NCBI GenBank assembly: GCA_963707635.1
Contig: OY970173.1
Location: 800,001-864,000 of the forward strand
Length of the DNA stretch: 64,000 nucleotides
From: Candidatus Latescibacterota bacterium
Lineage (GTDB): Bacteria; Krumholzibacteriota; Krumholzibacteriia; WVZY01; JAKEHA01
Direction of reading: 5' to 3'
A program made the translations under genes and the position numbers. Of this stretch, positions 46,512-57,069 are shown one piece after another. Under the pieces are notes generated by a model. The model saw only the letters and a list, made by a program, of their open reading frames with translations, was not told the origin of the DNA and did no database searches. Within the stretch, counting starts at the first letter, position 1. Every line of letters starts with the position of its first letter.

Positions 46512-48140
46512 ATGCGACTCATGAAAAAAGAGCGCCGCCAGGAGCACACGACAGAACACGGACGCGAACAGGTCACCCTGATGCGGCCCGAAGGTCCCGA
46601 CCGGGGTCGCGGGCTGTCCTCGGGATTCCCGGCCGATCTCTTCGAACAGGCCCGCGGGCGTCTCCGGCTCCTGGCGGGTTTCTTCTTCTGCGCCTTCCTG
46701 TTCGACGTACTGGTCTTTGTCAGCGTGATGGCGGTCACCCGGTCGCTGCCGCGCGAGAGTTTCCGTACGATCCCCATCCAGGTCGCCGCCCTGGTTGCCG
46801 CGGTGATGTCAGCCGCCGTGTGGTGGGCGGCGAAGAGTCCGCGCATTTCCGCGTCCCGCATCCACGCGGTGGGCCTGGTCTATGAAGTGGTGGTGTGCTC
46901 CATCGCGGCCACGTCGACCTACCTGCAGTACTACCACGATACCGGGCTGGTCCCGTTGCTGACGTGGGTCCCCGCGATCGTCATCATGTTTCCCCTGATC
47001 ATGCCGGGGCCGCCGCGGCGAATGCTCGCGGCCGCGATCATTTCGGGCGCGACGGGACCGCTGGCGCTGTTCCTGCTCGACATGACGGGCAGAGTCGAAG
47101 CCGGTGACGGGTACGTTCCGTCCGTCGTCAGCTCGACGTTTGCGGTGATATTCGCGTACATGGGTGCGCGCGTCATCTACTCACTCGGGCGCGAGGTGGC
47201 CCGGGCGCGCGCGCTGGGGAGTTATCAACTCGAAGTGCGCCTGGGAGAGGGCGGCATGGGGGAGGTCTGGCGCGCGACCCATCGCCTGCTGGCCCGCCCG
47301 GCGGCGATCAAGCTCATTCGGCCGTCGCTGGTGGGAAGCGCGAGCACCGGGGTTTCGGACGAGGCGCGGCGGCGCTTCGAGCGGGAAGCGCAGGTCATCG
47401 CGAGTCTCCGCTCACCGCACACGGTCGACCTGTTCGACTTCGGAGTCGCGGACGACGGCTCCTTCTACTACGCGATGGAGCTGCTCGACGGACTCGACGC
47501 CGATGTGCTCGTGCGCCGCTTTGGTCCCGTCCCAGCGGAGCGCGCGGTGCACCTGCTCCGCCAGGTGTGCCACTCGCTCTCCGAGGCGGAATCCCGCGGC
47601 CTGGTCCATCGGGACATCAAGCCGTCGAATGTATTCGTGTGCCGCTACGGCGAGGACCACGATTTCGTTAAGGTGCTGGATTTCGGCATCGTGAAGTCGC
47701 GACACGATGCGGCCGGCCTGGGACCGGCGCTGACTCGTGAGACCGTGATCCACGGCACCCCCGCGTTCATGGCGCCCGAACAGGCGCTGGGCGGTGACAG
47801 TATCGACGGGCGCGCCGACATCTATGCGGTCGGCTGCGTGGCCTACTGGCTCCTGACCGGACAGCTCGTGTTCACCGCCGACACGCCGTCGGCGTTGCTT
47901 TTGCAGCATATCCAGGCGGTGCCGACCCCGCCTTCGGCACGCGCCGAATTGCCGATCCCCTCGTCCCTGGATGCGATTGTGCTGGCGTGTTTGGCGAAGA
48001 GCCCGGCCGATCGTCCCCGGTCGGCGAAGGAATTGTCGAGCCGGCTGGCAGGTGTCGAAGGGGCGGGCGTGTGGACCGAGGACCGCTGCCGGGAATGGTG
48101 GGAGAAGCACCAGCCGGCCCCGCGCAGCGCGTCGAACTGA
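46512..48140 (+). CDS. Membrane Ser/Thr kinase (N-terminal ~6 TM, C-terminal kinase)
   Basis: GEGGMGEVW, RPAAIK, HRDIKPSN, DFG, GTP.FMAPE. Confidence 0.92.
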   Translation: MRLMKKERRQEHTTEHGREQVTLMRPEGPDRGRGLSSGFPADLFEQARGRLRLLAGFFFCAFLFDVLVFVSVMAVTRSLPRESFRTIPIQVAALVAAVMSAAVWWAAKSPRISASRIHAVGLVYEVVVCSIAATSTYLQYYHDTGLVPLLTWVPAIVIMFPLIMPGPPRRMLAAAIISGATGPLALFLLDMTGRVEAGDGYVPSVVSSTFAVIFAYMGARVIYSLGREVARARALGSYQLEVRLGEGGMGEVWRATHRLLARPAAIKLIRPSLVGSASTGVSDEARRRFEREAQVIASLRSPHTVDLFDFGVADDGSFYYAMELLDGLDADVLVRRFGPVPAERAVHLLRQVCHSLSEAESRGLVHRDIKPSNVFVCRYGEDHDFVKVLDFGIVKSRHDAAGLGPALTRETVIHGTPAFMAPEQALGGDSIDGRADIYAVGCVAYWLLTGQLVFTADTPSALLLQHIQAVPTPPSARAELPIPSSLDAIVLACLAKSPADRPRSAKELSSRLAGVEGAGVWTEDRCREWWEKHQPAPRSASN

Positions 48141-50432
48141 TCAGCCTTCCTCGACGCGCTTGCGGACTTCGGCCAGGTTCAGCTCGATCGACTGGCTCGA
48201 ACGCATCAGATCCTCCAGGACGACTTCACGCGGGCGCGTGCCCGGGGTCTTCCCCCGCGTGTCGTCGAGCAACGGACTCAAGCTGTTCCATATCTCGCGT
48301 GGAAGAACGCTCTCCAGATACTCCAGCCCGGTTCCGCGCAGCACGACGTCGGTCGTGAGCAGTCCCTTGAACGCAATCAGCAACGGGGCGCGCGGGATCA
48401 CGAGCGACAGGATGGTGAACACGTGCTCCATCCGGCGGCTGGCACGCCCGTGCAGCGATTCGTCGATCAGCGCGGGCTCGTCGTTCGCCGGCTCGTCGAT
48501 AAGCTGCTGATCCTCCCAGAGTGACTTGTCGACACGCGTCTCTTTCAGCACCGCCGCGTATACCGTCGCCGCGTCGACCGGCAGCGACGGGAGTCGTTCG
48601 TGGATTCGGGCCAGCGCCCGCGCCGTCTGGTAGCGCACCTCGAACCGGCTGTCGGCGAGCGCGGCTACGAGCCCGTCGTAGGCGCGTGAGGTCGTGCAGG
48701 TGCCGAGGATGCGGGGGACACGCCGGCGGATGGCGAAGTCCTCGTTGGGATCGAGCAGACGGTCGATGAGTTGACCCGTCACCGCCGGCGCGGATTTGGC
48801 CAGCGCGCGCGACGCCCAGCCGGTCACCTCGTCCCAGGCCAGGAGCGAGATCACCTGGGCGGCGAGCGTCGGCGTCAGGGCCCGGGTCTGGCGCAGCTCC
48901 GCGTGCACGCGCCGGGCGTCGCCGGAACGAAGCGCGATCAGGGAAGCAAGCTCCGGGTCCGCCACGGGCGCGAGGGGCTGCGTCGGCGCCGTTTTCAACT
49001 CGGAGATGGCCCCGTCGTCCGCGGATGGGTCCGACGACGAGCCCGGGGAGTCGCCGCGGAGCTCGCCCAGTCGCGCGCCGTCGATCGACATCGACAGGTC
49101 GATGCCGGTGAACGACTCCATCATCATCGTGCGCACGCCGACGGGCTCGTCTCCCTTGATGTCGAGCACGCTGGCCCGCTTGATCAGGCTCTCCTCGAGC
49201 GCACGGATGTATCCCCGGCGCAGCGCTCGCACCACCACGAAGCCCAGCGCCGAAATCAGCACCGCCAGGCCCATGAGGACGTGGCTGGCGATCGCCACCG
49301 GCAGGAGTATGACCGCGCGGATGACCGCGCCGCCGACGACATCCCCCATGCGATCCGCGCCCACGTCGACGATGGTCTTGGTGCTGCGTTTTTCTTCGGG
49401 GGCGACCGGGGTGAAGAGCAGTTCGTACCCGGACCGAAACAACGAACTCTGAATGACCGCTTCGAGGGCGCGCAGAATCCCCAGGCCCGTAAGCCCCATC
49501 ACCGGGAGCGTGACCAGCCCGCCGACGGCCACGATCGCCGGGCGGACGGCCAGCGTGTTTGCAATCCCGGCCCCCTCCAGGAGACGTCGCGTCATGCCGG
49601 CCTGCACGGCGAGCGAGACGACGGACACGGCCGTGTAGAACACCGCAAAGAACCGAACCAGGTCCGCGCCGTTCGCGAAGCTCTGCGCGGCGCGCGCCTT
49701 GAAGAGATAATCGATGAGAGTGGCGGCCACGTTTCCCAGCAGAACGATGAGCGCGAGATTGCGCAGGTAGCCGACGCGCATCAGCACGCGGAAGCCGGAT
49801 TCAGCCGCGCGCTCGTGTTCATGCCTGGCGCGGCCGTCCGGCGGCGACTTCGGGTCCGCGCCGGCGGGCGGCAAGCGGACGAGAAGCAGCCCGCAGACCA
49901 CGTTGAGGCCGGCGATGATCGGCAGCACCCACAGCAGACCGGCGTAAGCACCCACCCGTTCCGCGAGCAGGCCTCCGAAGAGCCCGCCCACCGTGGCCCA
50001 TCCGACGATCCGTCCGATACTGCGTTTGGCCGTCCGGGGGTCGAAGTGTTCGTTGAGGATCGACCAGAATCCCGAAATCAGAATCGAGCCGATCACCGCG
50101 ACGTGGAGGTATACGAGGACCGAGGCCGCCTTCGGGCTGCGCGTGGCGAGAAACCACTCGGCGACGAGCAGGACGCCGCTGGCCACGAAGAACGGCGGCA
50201 TCACGCGGTGCGGTCCGAGCGAGGTCATGGCCCGCGCGGTGAGCAGCACGGCGCCGATCGACAACAGCGCCGACGCGATTAGCACCAGCGGCAGTGCGGA
50301 TACTTCGAAATTGGTCAGGAACAGAGCGTCGCGCGTGGCCTTGGCCGCCACCTGCGTCGCGATCATCGCGAACGCGCAGGCCGATGCGGTGGCGACCGAC
50401 GCAGCGCCGGCCCGCCGGCCGGGGCTAGCCAT
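48141..50432 (-). CDS. NTT/TLC-like MFS transporter fused to HEAT-like repeats
   Basis: KATRDALFL, FW....E.FDPR.AKR, K...D....R.GD..G; C-terminal L.D..FEVR..A.AL repeats. Confidence 0.8.
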   Translation of the reverse strand: MASPGRRAGAASVATASACAFAMIATQVAAKATRDALFLTNFEVSALPLVLIASALLSIGAVLLTARAMTSLGPHRVMPPFFVASGVLLVAEWFLATRSPKAASVLVYLHVAVIGSILISGFWSILNEHFDPRTAKRSIGRIVGWATVGGLFGGLLAERVGAYAGLLWVLPIIAGLNVVCGLLLVRLPPAGADPKSPPDGRARHEHERAAESGFRVLMRVGYLRNLALIVLLGNVAATLIDYLFKARAAQSFANGADLVRFFAVFYTAVSVVSLAVQAGMTRRLLEGAGIANTLAVRPAIVAVGGLVTLPVMGLTGLGILRALEAVIQSSLFRSGYELLFTPVAPEEKRSTKTIVDVGADRMGDVVGGAVIRAVILLPVAIASHVLMGLAVLISALGFVVVRALRRGYIRALEESLIKRASVLDIKGDEPVGVRTMMMESFTGIDLSMSIDGARLGELRGDSPGSSSDPSADDGAISELKTAPTQPLAPVADPELASLIALRSGDARRVHAELRQTRALTPTLAAQVISLLAWDEVTGWASRALAKSAPAVTGQLIDRLLDPNEDFAIRRRVPRILGTCTTSRAYDGLVAALADSRFEVRYQTARALARIHERLPSLPVDAATVYAAVLKETRVDKSLWEDQQLIDEPANDEPALIDESLHGRASRRMEHVFTILSLVIPRAPLLIAFKGLLTTDVVLRGTGLEYLESVLPREIWNSLSPLLDDTRGKTPGTRPREVVLEDLMRSSQSIELNLAEVRKRVEEG

Positions 50433-52146
50433 TCACGACCGTAGGCGCGCCCGTGTCCAGCCTGTGACCGAGGGGCGCCGCGTGGAGGTGGGGGAGGTGC
50501 ATTCGCCACCATTGCTCGGCACGCTGCTGCGTCCAGGCGGGAAGCGTGGCGGCGAGCTCCGAGAGCATTTCGCCGAGCTCCTCCGCGGAGCCCGGCCGGT
50601 CGTCCGGATCCTTCTCCAGACAGGCGAGCACGATCTCCTCCAGCCGCGGCGGCACCTCGATCTCGGTACGCGAAGAAACCGTGGGGGGCTTCTCCTTCAC
50701 GTGCTGGATGAGAATCGACATGGGAGTGTTGCCGGCGAACACCAGCTGCCCGGTCAGCAGCCAGTAGGCGACGCAGCCGAGTGCGTAGATGTCGGCGCGA
50801 CCGTCCACCGGCGCATCCCCGGTCACCATCTCCGGCGCCATGAAGCCCGGGGTTCCGCTGGTGACGCCGGCGCCCGTCAGCTGGGTGATCGTGTCGCCCG
50901 GGTCCTTGACGCTCTTGACCAGGCCGAAGTCGAGCACCTTGATGAAGTCGAAATCGCGGCCGCGGCGGCAGGTGAACATGTTGGCGGGTTTGATGTCCCG
51001 GTGTATCAGGCCGCGGTCGTGGGCGTCGGCGAGAGAATCGCACGCGGCGCGCAGGAAGTGGACCGCCCGCTCCGCGGGTATCGGTCCGGACTCCTGGATC
51101 AGCGACTTGAGGTCGCGACCCTCGAGAAACTCCATTACGTAGTAGAAGACTCCATCCTCGCCGATGCCGAAATCGTAGAGCATGATGGAATGTTGCGACG
51201 TGAGCATCGCCGTCGCCTGCGCCTCGCGCTCGAAACGCCGCAGCAGCGTCCGGGCGGCGGTCCCGTCCCCGGGGGTGCCCAGGGACTCGGGCCGGATCAG
51301 TTTTACCGCCGCCGGGCGGGCGAGCATCCGGTGTTTCGCCCGCCATACTTCGCCCATGCCGCCCGATCCGATCTTGTCGGTGAGCTGATAGCTGCCGAGG
51401 CGCCGGGCCTTGGAAACATCCCGGGCCAGGCGAAACACCCGATACGCAATGGCGTACGCGATGCCGGCGCAGATCAGGACCGGCAGCGCGAGGCGAACCA
51501 TCGCGATCCACGGGGAGCCCTCGAAATCGGCCGGAACACCGTGGACAGCCAGCGAGAGGATGGCGACGGCCGGCACGGTGGCGAATGCCAGCAGGGAGCC
51601 GATGAGCATCTGCCTGGGCGCGAGCGTGACGATGCTCGGATACGCCACCAGCCAGACTCCCACCCAGTTGACGGACTCGATCTCGAACTTCGAGACGCTC
51701 TCCCATCCCCACGACTGGACGGCGATGCCGAGCGCGGACACCACCAGGTAAAACATCGACATGCCCGCGAAGACGCAGGCTTCGCACTTCGTCCTGACGC
51801 ATCGGTAAACGACGACCAGCGAGTAGGTGATCGCGATCAGGGAGGTGACGGTGTCGAACGCGGGGAGAAAAAGGAAGTGACCGGCGTCGGCTATCCAGGT
51901 GATCCAGTCGGCGACGTAGCCGAGAAAGAAAACCGCCGCATAGATCGTCGCGGCAGCGGCGAGCCCGTGAAAGGCGCTCTGCTGCGTCTGGGAATCCAGG
52001 TCGGCGAAATTCGACGGATCGCTTGGACTGCTCGGCTGACTTTCAGCCCGTATGTTGAATTGTGCGGCCACGAGCCTCCCGGTGTGCGCCGGCGCGGCGT
52101 TGGCTCCAACCCCGCGCCCGGGCAGCGGTACGCGCAAGGTTATCAC
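50425..52146 (-). CDS. Membrane Ser/Thr kinase, paralogue of 46512-48140 (start uncertain)
   Basis: GSGGMGEVW, RPAAVK, HRDIKPAN, DFGLVK, GTPGFMAPE; N-terminal TMs. Confidence 0.92.
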   Translation of the reverse strand: MITLRVPLPGRGVGANAAPAHTGRLVAAQFNIRAESQPSSPSDPSNFADLDSQTQQSAFHGLAAAATIYAAVFFLGYVADWITWIADAGHFLFLPAFDTVTSLIAITYSLVVVYRCVRTKCEACVFAGMSMFYLVVSALGIAVQSWGWESVSKFEIESVNWVGVWLVAYPSIVTLAPRQMLIGSLLAFATVPAVAILSLAVHGVPADFEGSPWIAMVRLALPVLICAGIAYAIAYRVFRLARDVSKARRLGSYQLTDKIGSGGMGEVWRAKHRMLARPAAVKLIRPESLGTPGDGTAARTLLRRFEREAQATAMLTSQHSIMLYDFGIGEDGVFYYVMEFLEGRDLKSLIQESGPIPAERAVHFLRAACDSLADAHDRGLIHRDIKPANMFTCRRGRDFDFIKVLDFGLVKSVKDPGDTITQLTGAGVTSGTPGFMAPEMVTGDAPVDGRADIYALGCVAYWLLTGQLVFAGNTPMSILIQHVKEKPPTVSSRTEIEVPPRLEEIVLACLEKDPDDRPGSAEELGEMLSELAATLPAWTQQRAEQWWRMHLPHLHAAPLGHRLDTGAPTVVNG

Positions 52147-52195
52147 GGGGCGGCGAACAGGACAACGGGGTGGTGGGATCCCGGTTTTCGGCCGG

Positions 52196-54779
52196 CTAGA
52201 ACGAGAGACCCGCGTGGATGTAGACCCCGGTGCCTTCCTCGCTCGACGCGATGGAAACGCTCACCGTGTTCGCCGCGTCGAGCAGCGCAAACCAGAACCC
52301 GCCGCCGGCCGCGCTGTGCCACTGATTGGACGATTCTCCCGTGAAGTAGACCCGTCCGGTGTCGCCCAGCGCAAACACGCCCAGACTCCCGGGTACGAAG
52401 ATGTAGACGCGGGCGATCGGGATACGAAGCTCCGCGCTTCCATACAACGAGCCGTCCCCGGCGAAGCGCTGTTGCGGGAATCCTCGCAGCGTGGCACCCC
52501 CGCCCACGTAGGCGGCCTCATCGTAGGGGTAGGCTCCCCACACCCGTTTGCCACCCGCCCGCAGGGCGAGGGTCGGTGTGGTGGGAATCGGAAGCGGCTG
52601 GTACAGGGCGCCCTCGCCATGAACCTCGCCGAAGGTGGTTTCGACGGCTCCGACCGGTGGGTACACGTTACCGTCGACGGCGAAACGGACGCCGCGCGTG
52701 GGAGCCACATCCGAGTCGCGCGTGTCGATGGATAGTCCCGCGCCCGCGCCGGCCTGGAAGAAGTCCTCCGCGCCGTACGGGGGCGCGGTCGTGATGTAGC
52801 GGTCGGGCTCGAGGTCGGTCTTTTTGTACTGCGCGTTGACCTGCAGGGTCGCGGTCCAATGCTGGCCGACCGGCAGGAGCAGCGACGGCTCAACGACGTA
52901 CTGGGTGTGCTTCACCTTGTAGAAATCTTCGTCCTCGCTGGCCTCGGTCTCGTTTCCGTATCCATAGAAGTGCAGAAAGTCCAGCCCCGACGCCCGCACA
53001 TAGAGGCCTGTCGCGACGCGCGTGTTCTCGCGACGGAATTCGCCCCGGTAGTCCGCACCGAAGGATCCGGCCCGGGTGGCGTAGCCGACGCGGATGGTTT
53101 GTTTGCTCGCGTACGGGTCCTTGCGGAATCCGTATCCGAAGGATTGCAAACTGGCGAGGAACAGCACACCCAGGTCGCTGTTGCCGCCGATCCACGGAAT
53201 GAAGATGTTTCTCCGCCCCCAGTCGCGCGGCGGGATCCAGGGGGCCTTCTCGCGTTTCGGAGGCGTGTACGGGCGGGTGTCCAGTTTCGTTCCGGATCCG
53301 CGCAGCACGTCGTTGGTGCCACTCGCGTCCGAGACGAGAAGTCCGGTCCCGGCGCTATCGTCGAAGGTGTCATCGCCACCGCCGCCGATCACGCGCACGG
53401 TGATCTTGCCCGGGCGGCCGGTGGCGGTCAGGCTGTCGTTGCCGCCGCCGAGGTAGATTCGAATCTCGTCGGTTTCGTCCGGATGAAACACGCGATGCAC
53501 GTACGGAGTGCCGGCCGCCGCGACGGACACCTCGACATCGCCATTCTCGCGATGGCCGACCGTCACGACCTCGTCCTGGTCCGTGGCCCGAATGTCGACC
53601 TTGCGCGCGAGGAAGCGATAGAAGCGATCCGCCTCGGCCGCGAGCTGGTCGCGCCGATGGCGCAGCGCGGCTTCCATCCCGGCACCCTCCAGGGCGCGGT
53701 ACTCGGCGGGAATGCGCGCCACCGCCTGCGCGATCACGGCGTCGGTGATGCGCGCCTGCAGACCCGTCGCGACCTCGTCCCAGACCGGTTTCTCCAGCTC
53801 GACCAGGATCCGGCGGTCGCCGTCGCGGCCGTTCCACGTGAGTCCTTCGATCCCGGGATAGTCCTCGCCGAAGCTCACGAACTGGGGTGCGCGCTGACGC
53901 CCCGCGACGACCACCAACCCTTCGAAGCGAACGAAGGCCTGATCGCGGTCCTCGGGAATCGGGCGCCATCGTTCGTCAGCCGGCAGCTTCGCCCACCGCC
54001 ACTGCCCGCGATGACGATCCCAGTCGCCGACGAGGATGTCGACCAGCCGGGCGGTGAGAAACGCGCGCGAATCGGGGCGCGTGGCCGGACTCTCGTCCAT
54101 CCGTTTCCACATCTCCGCGCCGTCCACGATCTCGGTGGCGCCGGCGAATCCGGGCCGCGGGTATTCCTCGAACGTTCCGAGCACCCCGGCGAACACGGAT
54201 TGAAACTCGCCCAGCAGCGAGTCGTCCGGCATCACCACCAGCATCGGATCCGCGTGCAGCACGCCGGCGGCTTCCAGCAGCGGTGGCACGGCCACGGCGC
54301 CCGCCGGGGAAGCTGGACGCGATCTGATCCTGCAACAGTTTGTCGACGAACGTGCCGTGTAGCTCCGGCGGCAGTATCTCGGTGGGATCCTTGTCGAGGC
54401 CGCGGAAGGTGTAGTCGCGGCCGTCGGCGCCCTTCATGGCGAGACCGAGTGTCTGCTGACCGCCCACGCGCCTCACCGGCTGCAGTCCGCCCGCGAAGCG
54501 GTGCAGGTCCAGTTCCGGGATTTCGACCGGCGTCGTCCACAGGCGGCGATAATCGCTTCCCAGCAGGAACCGGTGCAAGTCCCCCGCGTGGTAGTGCTCG
54601 CCCGCGACCACGGTGCGAACGCGCGGGGCGATGGCCGCCGTGCTGTCGGGCGCGCCGCCCGCGTCGGCCGATCCAGCGCTGCCGGCAACGGTGAGCGCCA
54701 GGCCATTCGCGAGCAGCCCGGCCACTGCGCCGGCGCGCTTTCGCCGCGCGGCGCTACTCCTGCGGAACAGGATCGACAC
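52196..54779 (-). CDS. Omp85/BamA-TamA-like outer-membrane protein with N-terminal kinase-like domain (frameshift near 54300)
   Basis: Signal peptide; DTRD...PTRG, LRGF...RFAG, C-terminal Phe; N-terminal GGQQT, GDWDRH..QW, DRDQAF. Confidence 0.8.
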
Positions 54780-56112
54780 GTTGCACCTCCATCAGCGCCC
54801 GGTGACGCCGGCCAATGCCGATGACGATGAGCAGCCATACCAGAATGAACGCCATGTTGACGATGGCGAAGTCCCGGGGTTGCAGCGCGAGCAGGGTTCC
54901 CAGGAATACCAGACCCGCGGACGAGAGGTCGCCGGCGCGCACGAACAGCGTGTCGATCGCGGCCTTGGCCTTGTACTTCGCTTCTCTAGCCGTCGGCAGG
55001 AAGAGTGCCTGACGCGCGGTGTTGTTGAGCGAATAGTCGAGTGAATTCTCGCTGATCTTCGCCATCCGGATGAGCGCGAGCACCGGCACGAACGCGAGTA
55101 TCCCGTACGCGCCCAGCGCGACCACCGGCAGCACATACAGCGCCACCCGCACGCCGAAGCGGCGCAGGAAACGCCCGACCAGGAAGATCTGGATGACGGC
55201 CGTGATCGTGGCCACCCAGGTGAAGTAGTCCGCGTAGAACCTGCCGATGAATTGCTTCACGAAATCGTCGGCGGCCACGCCTTCCATCCTGCCGGCGGCG
55301 GCGAATCGCACCGCCTCGCCCGACACCACCCGGCCGAGGATGTATTCTCCGTTGGTGTTCACGAAGTTGAGCAGCAGCAGCAGCATGGCGATCAAGAACA
55401 GATAGCGGTCCCGCGCCACCAACGCGAATCCACCGCGGCGATCGATCATGGGTGCGGTGGCGGCAGGGTCGTGTGCGACTCGTTGCGTGCGGCGTTGGAC
55501 GATCAGGATGAGCAGCAGATAGCCACCGAGAATGGCGGCGGCAACGAGCATGAGTTGATAGACGTGGAGGCGCCCGATCAGCGCCTTGGAGATGAACCCG
55601 CCGGTGGCGGCGCCCAGGGTCTGGCCGAATCCCAGGATGGCGAAGAGCCGGCGGCCCTGTTCCGGCGTGTAGACGTCGTTGGCGAACGACCAGAACTGGG
55701 CGATGATCATGAGGTTGAAAATCCCCACCCACACGAAGAAGGCGACGCCCAGGCCGGGCGTTCTCGCGACCGCGAGGAAGTAGAAAACCAGGAGGTTGGA
55801 GATGAAGAACAACGTGACGATGCTGATCAGGCGGATGCGATTGACCCGATTCGCGATCGCACTGTAGGCGGGCACCAGAAAGAGGAGTAGGACCGCCTGC
55901 GCCGCCGAGGTATAGCTCTTCAGTTCCGCTCCGCCCCCCGAGAGAATGAGCGGCTCGCGCACGACCTTGAGCACGTAGTACGCGGTGAGCAGCAGGAACA
56001 CCGCAAGCATGAGCAGAACCGCGTTCGTTCCTTCGCCGGCCCTGAGGAACGCGAACGGCCGCAGCATGCTGTCGAGAATTCCTCGATGATTCCGGGGAGC
56101 GCTCTCGCTCAT
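54754..56112 (-). CDS. NTT/TLC (Npt1/Npt2-like) nucleotide translocase
   Basis: YY.LK.VRE.L, QFWSFAND.Y..EQG.RLF, DYSL.NT....LFLP..RE.KYKAK..IDT..VR.GD. Confidence 0.88.
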   Translation of the reverse strand: MSESAPRNHRGILDSMLRPFAFLRAGEGTNAVLLMLAVFLLLTAYYVLKVVREPLILSGGGAELKSYTSAAQAVLLLFLVPAYSAIANRVNRIRLISIVTLFFISNLLVFYFLAVARTPGLGVAFFVWVGIFNLMIIAQFWSFANDVYTPEQGRRLFAILGFGQTLGAATGGFISKALIGRLHVYQLMLVAAAILGGYLLLILIVQRRTQRVAHDPAATAPMIDRRGGFALVARDRYLFLIAMLLLLLNFVNTNGEYILGRVVSGEAVRFAAAGRMEGVAADDFVKQFIGRFYADYFTWVATITAVIQIFLVGRFLRRFGVRVALYVLPVVALGAYGILAFVPVLALIRMAKISENSLDYSLNNTARQALFLPTAREAKYKAKAAIDTLFVRAGDLSSAGLVFLGTLLALQPRDFAIVNMAFILVWLLIVIGIGRRHRALMEVQRVDPVPQE

Positions 56113-56282
56113 TTGCGGCAGTGTACCGCATGGCGGCTGCCGCGGAAAGATGCGACGCCCCGGTGCGGCAGGCGGGATCGACGGGCCGCAAGCGGCGGCA
56201 TCCGTGGGTGCACCGGATGTGCTACAATCCTCCCCCCGCAAGAATGTGCCCCCATGGTTCCCGCACGTAAGGAGGAGAGGTC

Positions 56283-56930
56283 ATGAATCGAATCATCCCA
56301 ATACTACTGATCGCAATGATGGCGACGGTGGGCTGCTCCAAGAAGGCCCTGATCGCCCAGAAGGACGCGGAGATCGCCAGTCTGCAGAGCGACGTGACGG
56401 AGCTAAAGGGGCAGGTCAGTGAACTCCAGGCCAGTCTCGACCAGCAGCAGCAGATGAACGCCCAGTTGAACACCGACCTGGCCGACCTGCGCGAAGAGAA
56501 GCGCATCCTGATCGAGGAGAAAGAAGGCCTCACGCACATCACCCTGGACGGGGCAGCGACGTTCGGCACGGCGCAGGCCGACCTGACCGACGAAGCCAAA
56601 GAAGTCCTGGACCGGGTCTGGAATGTGCTGGCGGACTACCCGGACCGCCGCATCCTGATCGAAGGGCACACGGACAGCCGTCAGATCGCGATGACGTACC
56701 GCGAGAAGTTCGCGTCCAACTGGGAGCTGTCATCCGCCCGCGCGCATTCGGTGCTCCACTATCTGCAGTACCAGCACCACGCGGATCCGAACCGCCTGGC
56801 CGCGGTCGGCTACGCCGCGAGCGAGCCGGTGGCCGACGACTCGACGCCGGAAGGACGGGCCCAGAACCGGCGCGTCGTGATCACGGTGGGCAGCGAAATG
56901 GACGTCGAGGCGAGGATTTCCAACCGGTAG
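56283..56930 (+). CDS. OmpA/MotB-like peptidoglycan-binding lipoprotein
   Basis: Lipobox TVGC; coiled coil; EGHTD, NWELSSARA, R..NRRV. Confidence 0.9.
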   Translation: MNRIIPILLIAMMATVGCSKKALIAQKDAEIASLQSDVTELKGQVSELQASLDQQQQMNAQLNTDLADLREEKRILIEEKEGLTHITLDGAATFGTAQADLTDEAKEVLDRVWNVLADYPDRRILIEGHTDSRQIAMTYREKFASNWELSSARAHSVLHYLQYQHHADPNRLAAVGYAASEPVADDSTPEGRAQNRRVVITVGSEMDVEARISNR

Positions 56931-56943
56931 CGTCTGGATCGAT

Positions 56944-57039
56944 GGCGGACGACATGTCGGACTCCGCGCTCATGCACTCGCGCGCAAACGTCTGCAGCGC
57001 GCCTCGTGAAATCGCACTTCGCCCGACATGTCGTCCGCC
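56944..57039 (+). repeat. ~100-bp hairpin/MITE-like element, copy 1
   Basis: 17-bp perfect inverted repeat ggcggacgacatgtcgg...ccgacatgtcgtccgcc; homologous to 62398-62489 in reverse. Confidence 0.8.
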
Positions 57040-57069
57040 GAAGTTGCGCGGCGGGATTGAAATCAAGCG

